A stretch of DNA of 64,000 bases. Origin: a virus. Positions 20,100 through 30,986 of this stretch are shown here, piece by piece (the first letter of the stretch is position 1; each line of letters begins with the position of its first letter). The notes below the pieces were generated by a model, which saw only the letters and a list, made by a program, of their open reading frames with translations, was not told the origin of the DNA and searched no databases. A program made the position numbers and the translations under genes. Location: the IMG/VR virus record IMGVR_UViG_3300046002_005654, positions 31,511-95,510 of that record; one strand, written 5' to 3'.

Positions 20100-20951
20100 T
20101 TATTTTTTATTACCAAGTAACTTAGCTTCTATAAAAGATCTAACGTCTTGATGTTTTGGATTATCTATATAGGCAATTGTATTTTCAAATGTTGGTATTT
20201 GACTGTTTTCACATAAATCTAATCCATCATTAGTAGAATATTTATTACCTGTTTTAATTATAATTCCTTTTTCAATTGCATCGTTAATTAAGAACTTAGT
20301 ATCTAAAGTTTTATCTTTCATTAGCAAAACAAATGATTCTGGTTTTTCATCAATAAATTGTTCTACCTTAGCTTGAACCCATTTCAATGTAGTTTCTTTT
20401 GAAATTGGTTTATTAGTAAGTATTGCTAGAATTTTTATTAATTTATCTTTGTCGTCTTCGATTTTTCCATAAAGCTTGAAAGCTTCTTTTTTATTATCGA
20501 ATCCAATTTTCTTTTCAGTTAACTCTTCATCAGCAGAAGTAATAACAAACTGATATGTTTGTTTTAAGTTTCTTTCTGCCCAAGTAGGAGCTATATCATT
20601 TTTTAAATATGTAAGAATCTTATATGATATATAATCAATAGGATTGCTTAGCTGTAATAAATTATCATCTTTATATAATGAAACTTGGTGATCATACCAA
20701 AAATCTCCATATACTGATAAATCTAATCCAGTTAAAGCTTCTAAATATTCTTTTTCTTCTTTAGTCAATACATTGGCTATAGAATTATTTTTTAGTAATG
20801 GAGCTTGAAATTTCTTCACTGAACCATTAAGCATCCCTCCAGATATAACGTGATCTTCACCAACGTTAGATGCCATACCTTTTTTTCTTTTAATATACTT
20901 TACCGTGATAGTTGTATCAGGTAATGTAAACGTACTTTCTTTTACTTCCAT
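20100..20951 (-). CDS. conserved crAss-like protein downstream of MCP
   Basis: start MEVKEST lies after the MCP terminator; LQLSNPIDYISYKIL motif. Confidence 0.6.
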   Translation of the reverse strand: MEVKESTFTLPDTTITVKYIKRKKGMASNVGEDHVISGGMLNGSVKKFQAPLLKNNSIANVLTKEEKEYLEALTGLDLSVYGDFWYDHQVSLYKDDNLLQLSNPIDYISYKILTYLKNDIAPTWAERNLKQTYQFVITSADEELTEKKIGFDNKKEAFKLYGKIEDDKDKLIKILAILTNKPISKETTLKWVQAKVEQFIDEKPESFVLLMKDKTLDTKFLINDAIEKGIIIKTGNKYSTNDGLDLCENSQIPTFENTIAYIDNPKHQDVRSFIEAKLLGNKK

Positions 20952-20972
20952 TATAATTCTCCCTTTTAGTTT

Positions 20973-21007
20973 AAAAAAAAGGGGATGTATTTGTAGCACA
21001 TCCCCAA
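20973..21007 (-). terminator. intrinsic terminator after MCP
   Basis: GGGGATGT...ACATCCCC + T8 on minus strand. Confidence 0.8.
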
Positions 21008-21024
21008 TAAGCTATTATTTAATA

Positions 21025-22530
21025 TTATCCTAGTAATGCAGGAATTAATGAAGCTGTACGAGAAGGATCTTTTACCATCGCTCCTGTTCCGCACATAGCA
21101 GTCATTGTAGCTGAATCTTCCATCAACTGCATGATACCACCTCTACGCCCAGAGAATGGATCACGAATACCTGCCATATAACCTCTTAACTCATCATCAC
21201 CACGAACTTTGATTTTTTGGATGTTTGGTTCTTCCATAGATCCGATATATAAGATATCATATCTGTAAGACTCAGCAACCCCACCATCTGGGTGAAGAAT
21301 TTTGTTACGAACTTTATCATCATACATTGGATCAACTTCCAACATAATATGAATGTTATTAGGCGCTCTCCATTCTGTGAATTGGAAACCTCCTTGAAAT
21401 GAATTATCATGGAATTTAGAAGAAACTCCTTTAATTGCATTTTGGTTGGTGTTATCAAACATTGATTTCCATCCTGATGCAGCAGCAGTTGCAGCTCTGT
21501 TAAATTGAGCAGCTCCTCTTTCTCCTGTACGTAACATGAATTTTCTTTCGTCAAAATCCAATTTACCTTCTGATAATTCAGAAAGAACATCTTCTAAAAG
21601 ACGCATTGAGAAACGGTTATAAGAAATAGTATTAGACACTTCCATTTGCTCACGAATACCAGAACCAGCTTTAATTTCAATATTAGAAGCTCCTTTATTC
21701 AAGAAACGACCATTTTCATCACGGTTAGTTTTTCCGAACATGATGGTACGAGATTTAATACGTGACAATGCTTTTTCAAACTGCCAGTAAACCTCTTGCA
21801 TCCAAGTTGTTGATTTATGTACTTTTCCTGTATTAGGATCACGAGTTTCGATACCTGCAAAATATACTGGCTCTACTTTAACATCAATCATAGCTCCAGA
21901 AACTTTATGTTCCATACGAAGTGTAGAGATTGAATTTCTCATTAAATAAGGAGAAGTAAATTGAATACCAGCACCTCTTGTAGAAAGCTCGTCTTCTGTG
22001 TAAGCAGACTCAATACTGAATCTGTTTCCAGGTAAAAGTTCATCTCCAGGAATACCAGCTAGTGATTCTTGACCACCCCAAGCTTCGCAAGGATAAACAT
22101 AATTTGAACCTTCTTCAAACGGCTCATCAGTAATTCTAATTTGATATACGTCTGGACGTGGTCCAGCAATAACATGCATTGCGGTAAACCATTTTTCAGC
22201 AAATACCAATTCAAATTTACTACGAGCAATACCAACACCTACTGTATTAGTATCTACAACTCCACCAAAAGCACGTGCTTCAACAAGAGGAATATTTCTC
22301 TCGTCAGAACCAACAACTTTCCATACGAAGTCATCTGCTGTATTTAATACTTTCTCAGGGAATAAAGACAAAGTTGTATCTAAGTTTTTCATTCCTGAAC
22401 TTTGAAGTAACACAGTAGTTAACGGTGATACTAATTGTGGTTGAGATCCGAAGATAGCACCGATGTGATTTTTTAGCGTCAAGCCAGACCAAGCTTTACC
22501 TTTGGTCATTACAAACTTCCCTAAAGACAT
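21025..22530 (-). CDS. major capsid protein (crAss-type HK97 fold)
   Basis: GLTLKNHIGAIF, GSGIREQ, TGERGAAQF, PMYDD...HPDGGVAESYRYDI motifs; strong codon bias. Confidence 0.9.
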   Translation of the reverse strand: MSLGKFVMTKGKAWSGLTLKNHIGAIFGSQPQLVSPLTTVLLQSSGMKNLDTTLSLFPEKVLNTADDFVWKVVGSDERNIPLVEARAFGGVVDTNTVGVGIARSKFELVFAEKWFTAMHVIAGPRPDVYQIRITDEPFEEGSNYVYPCEAWGGQESLAGIPGDELLPGNRFSIESAYTEDELSTRGAGIQFTSPYLMRNSISTLRMEHKVSGAMIDVKVEPVYFAGIETRDPNTGKVHKSTTWMQEVYWQFEKALSRIKSRTIMFGKTNRDENGRFLNKGASNIEIKAGSGIREQMEVSNTISYNRFSMRLLEDVLSELSEGKLDFDERKFMLRTGERGAAQFNRAATAAASGWKSMFDNTNQNAIKGVSSKFHDNSFQGGFQFTEWRAPNNIHIMLEVDPMYDDKVRNKILHPDGGVAESYRYDILYIGSMEEPNIQKIKVRGDDELRGYMAGIRDPFSGRRGGIMQLMEDSATMTAMCGTGAMVKDPSRTASLIPALLG

Positions 22531-22565
22531 AGTTTTTTTGTTTTAATTATTAATATTGTTTTTGT

Positions 22566-23642
22566 TTAGAAGACAAGTTCTGATCCAATTCCGCCATAGC
22601 TTGGTGGATCTTGAAGATAATCAGGAGTTCCGTTATCCTCGAATCTAGTTCTTCTAAGCACTTTTTCTAAATTTTTTACAGCTTTAGAAGTTACTGTTTT
22701 TGATATGCTAGATAAATCTGAAAAACCATTTGTTAATTCATAAAGGTAATACATTTTTGTGTCAAACTCAATAGGATTAACGGCTCTGTTTTGCATAAAC
22801 TTATTTTGCATTTCGCCAGTAGTTGGATTTTTTGAAACAACTTCTGTCATACTTTTAAATACTCTATCCTGTAGAGCTTTAGTATTTGGTAAACCAGTGA
22901 TGACTTCTTTAGAACTATATATAGTATTTTTAATTGCGTTATTAATACTTTCTTGTTCTGCAGCTTGCTCGGCTAGTTGTTGTGTATATCTGACTCTTTC
23001 TTGTTGTTCTGATCTAGCTTCAAATTCTTTTAAACTTTGAGCTGACTCAAGAGCATCTTCAATAACCATATCTTCGCCTAAGTCAATTGTCTTCCTTAGT
23101 AATTTTGTAGCTCTTTCTTCTGAAAGACCTTGATTGATATAATCTCTAAAAATAATATCCTTAGCTACATCAAGATTATCTTTTAAATAATCTTCATCTA
23201 TATTAGATAACTCTAATTGAGTTTTTCTAGATACAGCAATCTTATTAAGGTCTAAGTTTTGTAGATACTCTTCAAGTCGTTGTTCTGCCTGCAGATCAAT
23301 TTCTTTTTTAAGTGCTCCTACAAAATCTTCAGAAGTCTTAATATTTTCAGAAGACTCTAACGAAGGGATGATTCCTTGTTCAAATAGAACGTTTGAGATG
23401 GAAGAATACAGGTTGGGAGAAGAATCTACATCGGATTCATCCTCTTCGTTGTTTTCGTCTTCTTCCCCACCTACGCTCTCTGGATTTTCTTCCTCGACAG
23501 GGTTATTATTTATTTCGTCTTCTTCACTTTCGATACTACTATCTGAAGGCTCGTCATCGAAATTTTCTTCATAGTTATTATAGTCTAAATTCAGTTCCAT
23601 TCCAGAACCGAAGATATCCATTGATTCATTTTCTACTTCCAT
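22566..23642 (-). CDS. putative capsid scaffolding protein
   Basis: very acidic N-terminus, coiled coil, located between portal and MCP. Confidence 0.65.
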   Translation of the reverse strand: MEVENESMDIFGSGMELNLDYNNYEENFDDEPSDSSIESEEDEINNNPVEEENPESVGGEEDENNEEDESDVDSSPNLYSSISNVLFEQGIIPSLESSENIKTSEDFVGALKKEIDLQAEQRLEEYLQNLDLNKIAVSRKTQLELSNIDEDYLKDNLDVAKDIIFRDYINQGLSEERATKLLRKTIDLGEDMVIEDALESAQSLKEFEARSEQQERVRYTQQLAEQAAEQESINNAIKNTIYSSKEVITGLPNTKALQDRVFKSMTEVVSKNPTTGEMQNKFMQNRAVNPIEFDTKMYYLYELTNGFSDLSSISKTVTSKAVKNLEKVLRRTRFEDNGTPDYLQDPPSYGGIGSELVF

Positions 23643-23669
23643 TATTCTCCCATTTTAATTTATAAAGTG

Positions 23670-23745
23670 CAAATATAATCTTTTTATATATTAAATACAA
23701 TAAAAAGTTAATTTATTTTTAATTATTTCATATTACGTAATAGCA
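23670..23745 (-). promoter_or_regulatory. late promoter with motif B upstream of scaffold/MCP
   Basis: TATATTTG at 23670-23677; TGCTATTACGTAATA at 23731-23745. Confidence 0.65.
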
Positions 23746-23757
23746 TTTTATTGCTTT

Positions 23758-26163
23758 TTACACTGATTTCTTTTTAATTCTAGCTATAGATTGATCTACT
23801 GTTTTTGCTTTCATTTGATCATTGTGTTTAATCATATCTTGATCTAATGACTTCATTTTAGCTATTTGATCAGCTTTTGCTTTCTCTATGTCTAAATTAA
23901 ACTTATCTCTTTCTAATGGACTTTCTATTCCGTCTTCAGAATCAATAGTATCAGTTTCTCCTACAGCTTTAGTTAATTCTGCAATATATCGTTTAGTGGC
24001 ATCTTCTCTTTGAGAGATAGTATCTTCTAATTGAAGTTTTTGCATTTCTAATTGTTGCGCTGCTTGATTAGCTGCTTGTTGAGTTTCATTAGCTTGTTGA
24101 GATGATTCTTGTTGACGTTGATGCATTTGCTCTTCTCCGTCTTCTAATCTTCTTCTCATATCAGATAATGAAGGACTAAAGTAAATATCCATTATAGTTG
24201 ATAATGAACCACCATTTTGAATAAATGCTTGAGCATTAGATTTAATCATCTGTTCTAACTCAGCTGTTTTAGAACTAGAAGTTATAACTAATCCGTAATC
24301 ATTTTCAGAAAAAGTTTCACCATCTACGTTAAGTATTTCTATTGATTGGTCATCAAGTATATTTTGTACTTTAAGGTTTTTACCTTTTAAAGCAACTTTA
24401 GCAGTTTCTAAGAAGCATTCAAGAACTCGTATCTTACATTGCTCATGTTGCATAAACCAATACTCAGTTATATGAGATGATTGATTGACAGATCTTTCAA
24501 CACCACCAACAGTTTCTCTATTTTCTATTTGACCTTGACGCTGAGCAGATACTCCTGCTATTTCGCCCATTTCCATTTTAATAAATTCAAGTAATTGTAT
24601 GTGTTGTTGAATATAAGAGCCAGTCTCCATATCCATAACACGTCCGCCTTGAGTATTCATTGAGCCAGCTAGCTTACCAGTAGAAGCTCCTTGATTACCT
24701 TCTTTAAACGAATCTATTACAGCTATCTTATTAACAACAGCAAAGTGCATCCATTTCTCAACTTCCCAGTTTTCAGGTATCTTAGCTATGTCTAATTCAA
24801 ATATTTTACCGTAATTAGTTGCAATAGCTTTATTTAATCTATCCCAAATAACATCATACATATATTGATAGTTTTTACATCTATCAACTAATGATACTGC
24901 TTTAGATTGATTAGTATTATATATTTGACCTATAATACCAGCGTGACAATAAGATGGATTGTATATTTTATTATATTGAATTTTGCGTGGACGTATATTA
25001 AGATAAATATCTTTACCTATTTTAACTCCTTCCCAAAATTCATTAACCCACATACTTTTAATCTCTTCTCCTCTATCTTTATCCGCTATGTATTCTTCAG
25101 AAGCAATTTTATATTGTTCCTCACCCATTTCATCATAATACTTAACTTGTTTTATTAATTTAATAGATTTCCAAAATAATTTAAATACTCTAATATTACC
25201 AGTATCGTCTGTATAATTAGAACCAAAGAAATGTCCATTCAACTCAGCTAAGTTGAAGATTGTATCATACATGCCTTCAACACCTGTATTCAGCGCGTCC
25301 CTAAGTAATACGTGGTTATTTTGATCATCTGAATAAGAACCTTTTGAAGACGTTGTACTATATTCCATTATATAGTCTATATCTTCTGGTTTTAATTCAT
25401 CGTGATATACATCAATAATTTTGTTTGGAGACCAGTGATCTTGTATAATTATAATAGATGAATCTTCTATTCTATCTGAATTACCAGATTTTACAGAATG
25501 AACCTTCAATGAGTTTAATTTAAACATCACTGGTTCATCATTTACAATATCGCATTGATATATTTCTTCTCCAAAGATTAAAGCGTCTTTAAATCCTTCA
25601 GAGAATGTTTTGTCAAATCTTTGTTCTTGAGTATAATGTTTAAGTATTTGATTAGCCATCTTTTCTCTAAGATCTTGCCAATTGTATTTCATATACTTTT
25701 CAAGATCTTTAAGTTTTTGCTCAAGTTCTTTGTCAGCATAATTTCCACTATACATTTCGCTAAGTTTTTCAAATAAGAATTTCTTCTTATCTTCTTCCTT
25801 CATTGTTATTGCATCTGGATTAGTAACTATACACGACCAATCAAATCTACGTTTAATTTCTTCACCAACTAATAGATCTATTTTAGGAACCATTATTGGG
25901 TGATGAGGTAGATTGTCAGGAACAAAACTTGCATCTATTTGATTTGGGTTAACAACATTAGTTAAATCTCTAATATCTACAACTCCATTGTATAGGTTTA
26001 AGTTTATAATCTTATTCTGTAGACTTTTTCTAACTCTTTCGTTATTATAAAAAGAGTGTCTATCTCCATAGTTTACATTATCCTCTCTCCATTGTTTATC
26101 CTTTTTATTGTAAGGTAATCTTTGTCTTGGCAGTACTAGATTATTAATTCTTGGACCTTCCAT
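23758..26163 (-). CDS. portal protein
   Basis: LPRQRLP, PKIDLLVGEE, WVNEFWEGVKIG, GVSAQRQGQI...ETVGGVERSV crAss portal motifs. Confidence 0.9.
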   Translation of the reverse strand: MEGPRINNLVLPRQRLPYNKKDKQWREDNVNYGDRHSFYNNERVRKSLQNKIINLNLYNGVVDIRDLTNVVNPNQIDASFVPDNLPHHPIMVPKIDLLVGEEIKRRFDWSCIVTNPDAITMKEEDKKKFLFEKLSEMYSGNYADKELEQKLKDLEKYMKYNWQDLREKMANQILKHYTQEQRFDKTFSEGFKDALIFGEEIYQCDIVNDEPVMFKLNSLKVHSVKSGNSDRIEDSSIIIIQDHWSPNKIIDVYHDELKPEDIDYIMEYSTTSSKGSYSDDQNNHVLLRDALNTGVEGMYDTIFNLAELNGHFFGSNYTDDTGNIRVFKLFWKSIKLIKQVKYYDEMGEEQYKIASEEYIADKDRGEEIKSMWVNEFWEGVKIGKDIYLNIRPRKIQYNKIYNPSYCHAGIIGQIYNTNQSKAVSLVDRCKNYQYMYDVIWDRLNKAIATNYGKIFELDIAKIPENWEVEKWMHFAVVNKIAVIDSFKEGNQGASTGKLAGSMNTQGGRVMDMETGSYIQQHIQLLEFIKMEMGEIAGVSAQRQGQIENRETVGGVERSVNQSSHITEYWFMQHEQCKIRVLECFLETAKVALKGKNLKVQNILDDQSIEILNVDGETFSENDYGLVITSSSKTAELEQMIKSNAQAFIQNGGSLSTIMDIYFSPSLSDMRRRLEDGEEQMHQRQQESSQQANETQQAANQAAQQLEMQKLQLEDTISQREDATKRYIAELTKAVGETDTIDSEDGIESPLERDKFNLDIEKAKADQIAKMKSLDQDMIKHNDQMKAKTVDQSIARIKKKSV

Positions 26164-26200
26164 ATTTTGTATATTAAATTATATTTACATTGCTAACTAG

Positions 26201-26276
26201 CAAATATACGAATTATAAAACTGTAATCAATATAAATATCTAATTATTTTACTTTTTTCTATATTAAGTAATAGCA
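26201..26276 (-). promoter_or_regulatory. late promoter with motif B upstream of portal
   Basis: TATATTTG at 26201-26208; TGCTATTACTTAATA at 26262-26276. Confidence 0.6.
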
Positions 26277-28540
26277 TTTTGTTGCCAATTATTGTTTTGT
26301 ATTGGTTTATAATTTTTATTAAAGAAGTTATCTGCAGACGCATTAGTTATCTTCTTATCTTGATTTCCTTTTGCCACAGCAGTTCTTTTAACTCTATCTT
26401 CTCTTAATATAAATAACATACCAGCGGCTGAAACTCTATCAAAGTTACCATCACTATTCCAAGCTATACATTCTTCTACATATGGAATACTTCTAAGTCT
26501 ATGCATATTAAGTCTTTCATCTTCGTCATCTCCGTGAGCTTTTGTTTTCATCCACTCAGCTTGTAACATTCTTCCCCAGCTATTTATTTTTGCATTAGCA
26601 TGAGTCCCTTTAGCTTTATTACCATATAGATTAGTTGCTTTAACCATATCCATATCTTTTAATATTTGAGGTACATCAGCAAGGTAGTGTAAACAATTTT
26701 TACTATCAAAATAACTAAATAATCCTTTTAAATTTGATTCATAATTAGCTTCTGCATTGTAAAATCTTAAACATCTTAATGCTATTTCATAAGCTTCATT
26801 TGCTAATCTAGGTCTTCCTGAATATTCAGCAACTATCCTATCTGTAAATAAATCCATTATATGAATACTAAATAATGATCCACCTGTATCTGAATCAATA
26901 GGGTCAATCCCTGCTATATATCTACCTCGTTGAATATCTCCTTGAGCATTCTTTCTTGGCATTTCAAATATTTCAAGACATCCAGTTCTATTGTTATCAG
27001 ACGAATCATAAGCCCTTAATGGACTTAAGTCAGAATTAGGTTTCCATTCAACTTCTCCTAAGTTATTTAAAAGTAATTCACCAACATAGTGTTCAGCTAA
27101 AAACGATTCTTGTTTAGGCGCAATACTTTCAAGATACTCTTTTAAATCAGCCACAGGAAACATAGTTCCTTCAGTTCTCATTACAGCTTCTTGAGGAGTA
27201 ATAGGTTCTTCAGCTTTTTTCTGAGTAATAGCTGTAGATTCAGATGAACTATACTTAACATCAAATCTATCTATTAATATCTCAACAAGTGCTTTAATTA
27301 CATCTGGTTCTCCATTTGTATCATCATAACATCCATTACGATTTAAATATGCTCCCCAAAAGAAAGAACAAAGACTTTCTCCATTTGTATTTTTATCAAA
27401 TACATTTTTTAAAGCATATATATTATAAGCACCTGGTTTATAAAATAGTTTTTCAGAACCTGCAAATGAAGCTCCCATTGTACCTCCAGTCCCACCAGCT
27501 AGCATAAATCCAAACGCCACATCACCATCCTCAACAGCTTTTCTATTTACATTCCAAGCTTTTTCAAGATTATTAAATAGACCGTCTTCTTCATAATGAA
27601 TTAAAGGGCCCCTAATACCCCTGGCTTTATCTGGATTATCCTTTAATGATATACCAAATATAGAGGCTAAGTTTCCTTTACGAGAACCATATTCGTCTAA
27701 GTATCCAAGCTGTAATTCCATAGCTTTTTTACCATCGACAATTCTATTCTTAGCTAAAGGAGTGTGTTCTCCAATCCAGTCTAACGTATCGAGAATCTTA
27801 CCCCAGATTCCTTTATCACCTGATAGAAACGTTTTATCTGATGCCAAGTGAAAGTTTGGATTACCAGAACCTGGATATACGTACATATTACGAGGAGACT
27901 CAGAAGCATTTTTAAAACTAAAACCGATTCCCCTAGTTTTGAGAACCTTACCATGTTGACCATTGTCTTTTGCTTGTTGTGTATAGTGAAAATATAGATA
28001 ATCTCCAAGCCAAGCTTTAGCAAACTTCTTTACACGCTCTCCTTTTGACTTCTTATTTTCTGATTTTAAACCTACAGTTTCTACTAACCATATTGGGCTG
28101 TAGTTCCAGTAGAAGTACAATGTTCCAGGAATCCATTCTCCGTCGGATTCCCTGACAACACCGTGCTTCCATTTATATAATTCATCTTTCCAAAACTGAG
28201 CATACTCAGATTTAGGATTTGAATTTCTTGGTATATTAGTATACCTTCCATTTTTTTCAAAGAATATGGCTGCTTGCCTAAAGTAGTCCATATCCTCTAG
28301 TATATGTGGATTAGTTAAATCTACTTCAACCCTTCCGTCTTTATAAAATTTATCTTCTCGTGGTTTATCTTTACAGAAACCTCTTTCATCTTCTGATGAT
28401 ATAAGGTTTTGTATAAACTTAACACTTGATATATATTCTAACAGTTGGTCATATACTTCTTTTGGAATCTCTTTATTATCAAGCATTTTTCTATAATACG
28501 ATATAGGTGTTTGATAATCATTAAGTCTATTTAAGTCCAT
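26264..28540 (-). CDS. terminase large subunit
   Basis: LKTRGIGFS Walker A, YEEDG Walker B, GGTGG, YIAGIDP nuclease motif, GNFDRVSA. Confidence 0.9.
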   Translation of the reverse strand: MDLNRLNDYQTPISYYRKMLDNKEIPKEVYDQLLEYISSVKFIQNLISSEDERGFCKDKPREDKFYKDGRVEVDLTNPHILEDMDYFRQAAIFFEKNGRYTNIPRNSNPKSEYAQFWKDELYKWKHGVVRESDGEWIPGTLYFYWNYSPIWLVETVGLKSENKKSKGERVKKFAKAWLGDYLYFHYTQQAKDNGQHGKVLKTRGIGFSFKNASESPRNMYVYPGSGNPNFHLASDKTFLSGDKGIWGKILDTLDWIGEHTPLAKNRIVDGKKAMELQLGYLDEYGSRKGNLASIFGISLKDNPDKARGIRGPLIHYEEDGLFNNLEKAWNVNRKAVEDGDVAFGFMLAGGTGGTMGASFAGSEKLFYKPGAYNIYALKNVFDKNTNGESLCSFFWGAYLNRNGCYDDTNGEPDVIKALVEILIDRFDVKYSSSESTAITQKKAEEPITPQEAVMRTEGTMFPVADLKEYLESIAPKQESFLAEHYVGELLLNNLGEVEWKPNSDLSPLRAYDSSDNNRTGCLEIFEMPRKNAQGDIQRGRYIAGIDPIDSDTGGSLFSIHIMDLFTDRIVAEYSGRPRLANEAYEIALRCLRFYNAEANYESNLKGLFSYFDSKNCLHYLADVPQILKDMDMVKATNLYGNKAKGTHANAKINSWGRMLQAEWMKTKAHGDDEDERLNMHRLRSIPYVEECIAWNSDGNFDRVSAAGMLFILREDRVKRTAVAKGNQDKKITNASADNFFNKNYKPIQNNNWQQNAIT

Positions 28541-29991
28541 TGGCGTTCGTTCAATACAACAGTATCTGTTGATAGTATTGTTCTAGCTACAGATACTGCA
28601 TTTTCTAATGCACATCTAGTTACTTTAAGTGGGTCAATTATATTTTTTTCAAACATATCTGTCAACGCAGGAACCCCTATTATATCTATAGGTTTATTTA
28701 AACTAACAAGTATTCCTAATTCTACTGAATTATGAGATAAATCTTTTATTGTTTTAGCTACTATTTGATTTGCATTATATAAAGCTATTCCTCCTCCTTG
28801 AACAATTCCCTCTTCTAATGCACAAGATGTTGCCAGAACTGCATCATCATATCTATCTTTACGTTCTTTCATTTCTATTTCAGAAACTCCACCAACTTTG
28901 ATTATGGATATTTTTCCAGTAAGATTAGTTATTCTTTGTTCTATTAATTCCTTGTCTTGTTTAGTTAATTCTTTAAGTTTAGATAAAGCTTTTAAATCTT
29001 CTATGTATTCTTTAATGTCTACATCAGGATGTTTAACTAATATACTATTACTTTTAGTTACTTTTAAAGACTTTAATTTACCAAATGATGTTAGACTATA
29101 TTGTTTAGTAAAATTGTTAATTAAATCAGCTCCTGTGAAGTCAGAGATATCACTAAGTAAGTCTTTTCTATATTGAGAAAATCCTGGAGACTTAATAACA
29201 CATAATTTTAATGATCCACTAAGGACGTTTGACTCTAACAATCTAAGTAGATTTTCAGAAAGACCTTCTGTAATAATTAATAATGATTCGTTATTTTCTG
29301 CTATTTGTTTAATAGGAGTTTCAAATGATTTAAGATTTTCTAACTTACCATCTATTAATAAAACATATGGGTCTTCAAAGTTACATTCAGCTTTCTTATT
29401 TGTATTTATAAAGTGTTTTGAAAAATATGATACTTGTAATGACATACCATCTATTAACTCTAATGAGTCTTCATTATCATTACTTTCTTCTACTTTAATT
29501 ATACTTGCGTGATTATAAGCTTGTTGTATAATATCACCTATGTGAGTATCATTATTAGCCGATATGCTTGCAAGATATTTAATATCTTTATGTTCTAATT
29601 TTCTTGAGTTTAGTTTTAGTTGTTCTAATACTTTTGGTATAATCTCGTCAAACGCTTTATTTATTTCATTAGAATCAAAGTCTTTTAGATTCTGTATAAA
29701 TGAATTAGCTAATACTATAGCCGTTGTAGTTCCATCACCTGCTAAATCAACTTGTAATTCAGCAACTTCTTTTACTATTTTAGCACCAATATTCTCTATA
29801 GCATTTCTAAAGTAAATCTCTCTAGCTACTTTAACTCCGTCTTTAGTTATTTCAGGATCTCCATATTGATTAGATATAATTACAGTCTTTCCATCAGGTC
29901 CCATTGTAGAAGCTACAGCTTGCGATAACTTTTCTACGCCACTAAATAATAGGCTTCTAGCTTCGTCTTTAAAATATATTTCTTTATTCAT
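28531..29991 (-). CDS. groEL: phage chaperonin GroEL
   Basis: TMGPDG, ITKDGVKVA, AGDGTTTA, IKVGG, EEGIVQGGG, IIDPLKVTRCALENA. Confidence 0.95.
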   Translation of the reverse strand: MNKEIYFKDEARSLLFSGVEKLSQAVASTMGPDGKTVIISNQYGDPEITKDGVKVAREIYFRNAIENIGAKIVKEVAELQVDLAGDGTTTAIVLANSFIQNLKDFDSNEINKAFDEIIPKVLEQLKLNSRKLEHKDIKYLASISANNDTHIGDIIQQAYNHASIIKVEESNDNEDSLELIDGMSLQVSYFSKHFINTNKKAECNFEDPYVLLIDGKLENLKSFETPIKQIAENNESLLIITEGLSENLLRLLESNVLSGSLKLCVIKSPGFSQYRKDLLSDISDFTGADLINNFTKQYSLTSFGKLKSLKVTKSNSILVKHPDVDIKEYIEDLKALSKLKELTKQDKELIEQRITNLTGKISIIKVGGVSEIEMKERKDRYDDAVLATSCALEEGIVQGGGIALYNANQIVAKTIKDLSHNSVELGILVSLNKPIDIIGVPALTDMFEKNIIDPLKVTRCALENAVSVARTILSTDTVVLNERQWT

Positions 29992-30239
29992 AATTTATAA
30001 TGTTCTTGATAATAATTATCAACATTAACTTCTTCAATTTCATCAATTCTTAATGATACTATATCATTATTATCTTGAATAAATTTAAAATTTTTTGGAA
30101 AAGAACTATTATTTTCTAACATAAATATAAAATCATTTATATTTTGATCTATAATCTTATATGTATTATCTATCCATAATATTCTTCCACCTGGATATTT
30201 TAATCTTCCTCTGCATTTTATAAATTCTATTTTATTCAT
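29988..30239 (-). CDS. hypothetical protein
   Basis: overlapping ORF in operon. Confidence 0.4.
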   Translation of the reverse strand: MNKIEFIKCRGRLKYPGGRILWIDNTYKIIDQNINDFIFMLENNSSFPKNFKFIQDNNDIVSLRIDEIEEVNVDNYYQEHYKL

Positions 30240-30798
30240 AACTTAATCCGTCTTCAAATGCGTTAAGCGTTCTACTCCCTTTATTCCTTCCATCCATTTC
30301 TTTTTGCTCTGTTAAAACTTCCTTATAAGCAGCTTTAAGATTACGCATAATATCTGGTATTCCTTTATTAGCAGCTACAATCATTGGAAGTGTAGTTACA
30401 GTTCCGCCACTGCTAGTTCTTTCATCAAGTAATTCATTTGTTTTTAGAAGGTAATCTGATATATCATCAGCCGACTTTAATGAACTCTTATATAGTTTAG
30501 CGATTGGACTTATAGACATCTTTTCGTAAAACTTAATAGCTTCACTAATAACAGTATCTATTTTCCAATCAGAATCTAAACCAATATCTTTTATTATTTC
30601 ATTACGTCTAATTTCATTATTAGTCATATCTACATAGTCAGATCTAATATCTGAGTAATAATATATAAATAACATCTCTTTAAATGCAGTTTCTTTTTGT
30701 CTAGATTTATCTCTTTTAAGTATTGCCTTAAATGGCAAAACGCCCCAAGCTTCTTCTGAAACCTGGAGCGAGAAATCTACCATTGTAAATAATTTCAT
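30232..30798 (-). CDS. conserved crAss-like protein, small terminase candidate
   Basis: RDKSRQKETAFKEMLFIYY motif; helical; upstream of TerL. Confidence 0.45.
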   Translation of the reverse strand: MKLFTMVDFSLQVSEEAWGVLPFKAILKRDKSRQKETAFKEMLFIYYYSDIRSDYVDMTNNEIRRNEIIKDIGLDSDWKIDTVISEAIKFYEKMSISPIAKLYKSSLKSADDISDYLLKTNELLDERTSSGGTVTTLPMIVAANKGIPDIMRNLKAAYKEVLTEQKEMDGRNKGSRTLNAFEDGLSYE

Positions 30799-30986
30799 TA
30801 TTTTTTGAGCATAATAGGCTCCGCCTCTACAACTTCTGGTTCTTTTACTGGTTCAAAATGAGCCTTTAAAAGATCTAATGCCTGACTAACTACGGCTGAG
30901 TCTTTCAGTCCAAACGCACCTTTTGTTGATGCCATATTTAATGCTTGTTCTATTACGCTTACTACTTGTGTCATGTTTGTTTCCAT
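30798..30986 (-). CDS. hypothetical protein
   Basis: TAATG-coupled ORF. Confidence 0.5.
   Translation of the reverse strand: METNMTQVVSVIEQALNMASTKGAFGLKDSAVVSQALDLLKAHFEPVKEPEVVEAEPIMLKK

Noticed and set aside
21025-28540. Introns or inteins in terminase, portal or MCP
   Set aside because: ORFs are continuous, of expected length, and lack intein or LAGLIDADG motifs
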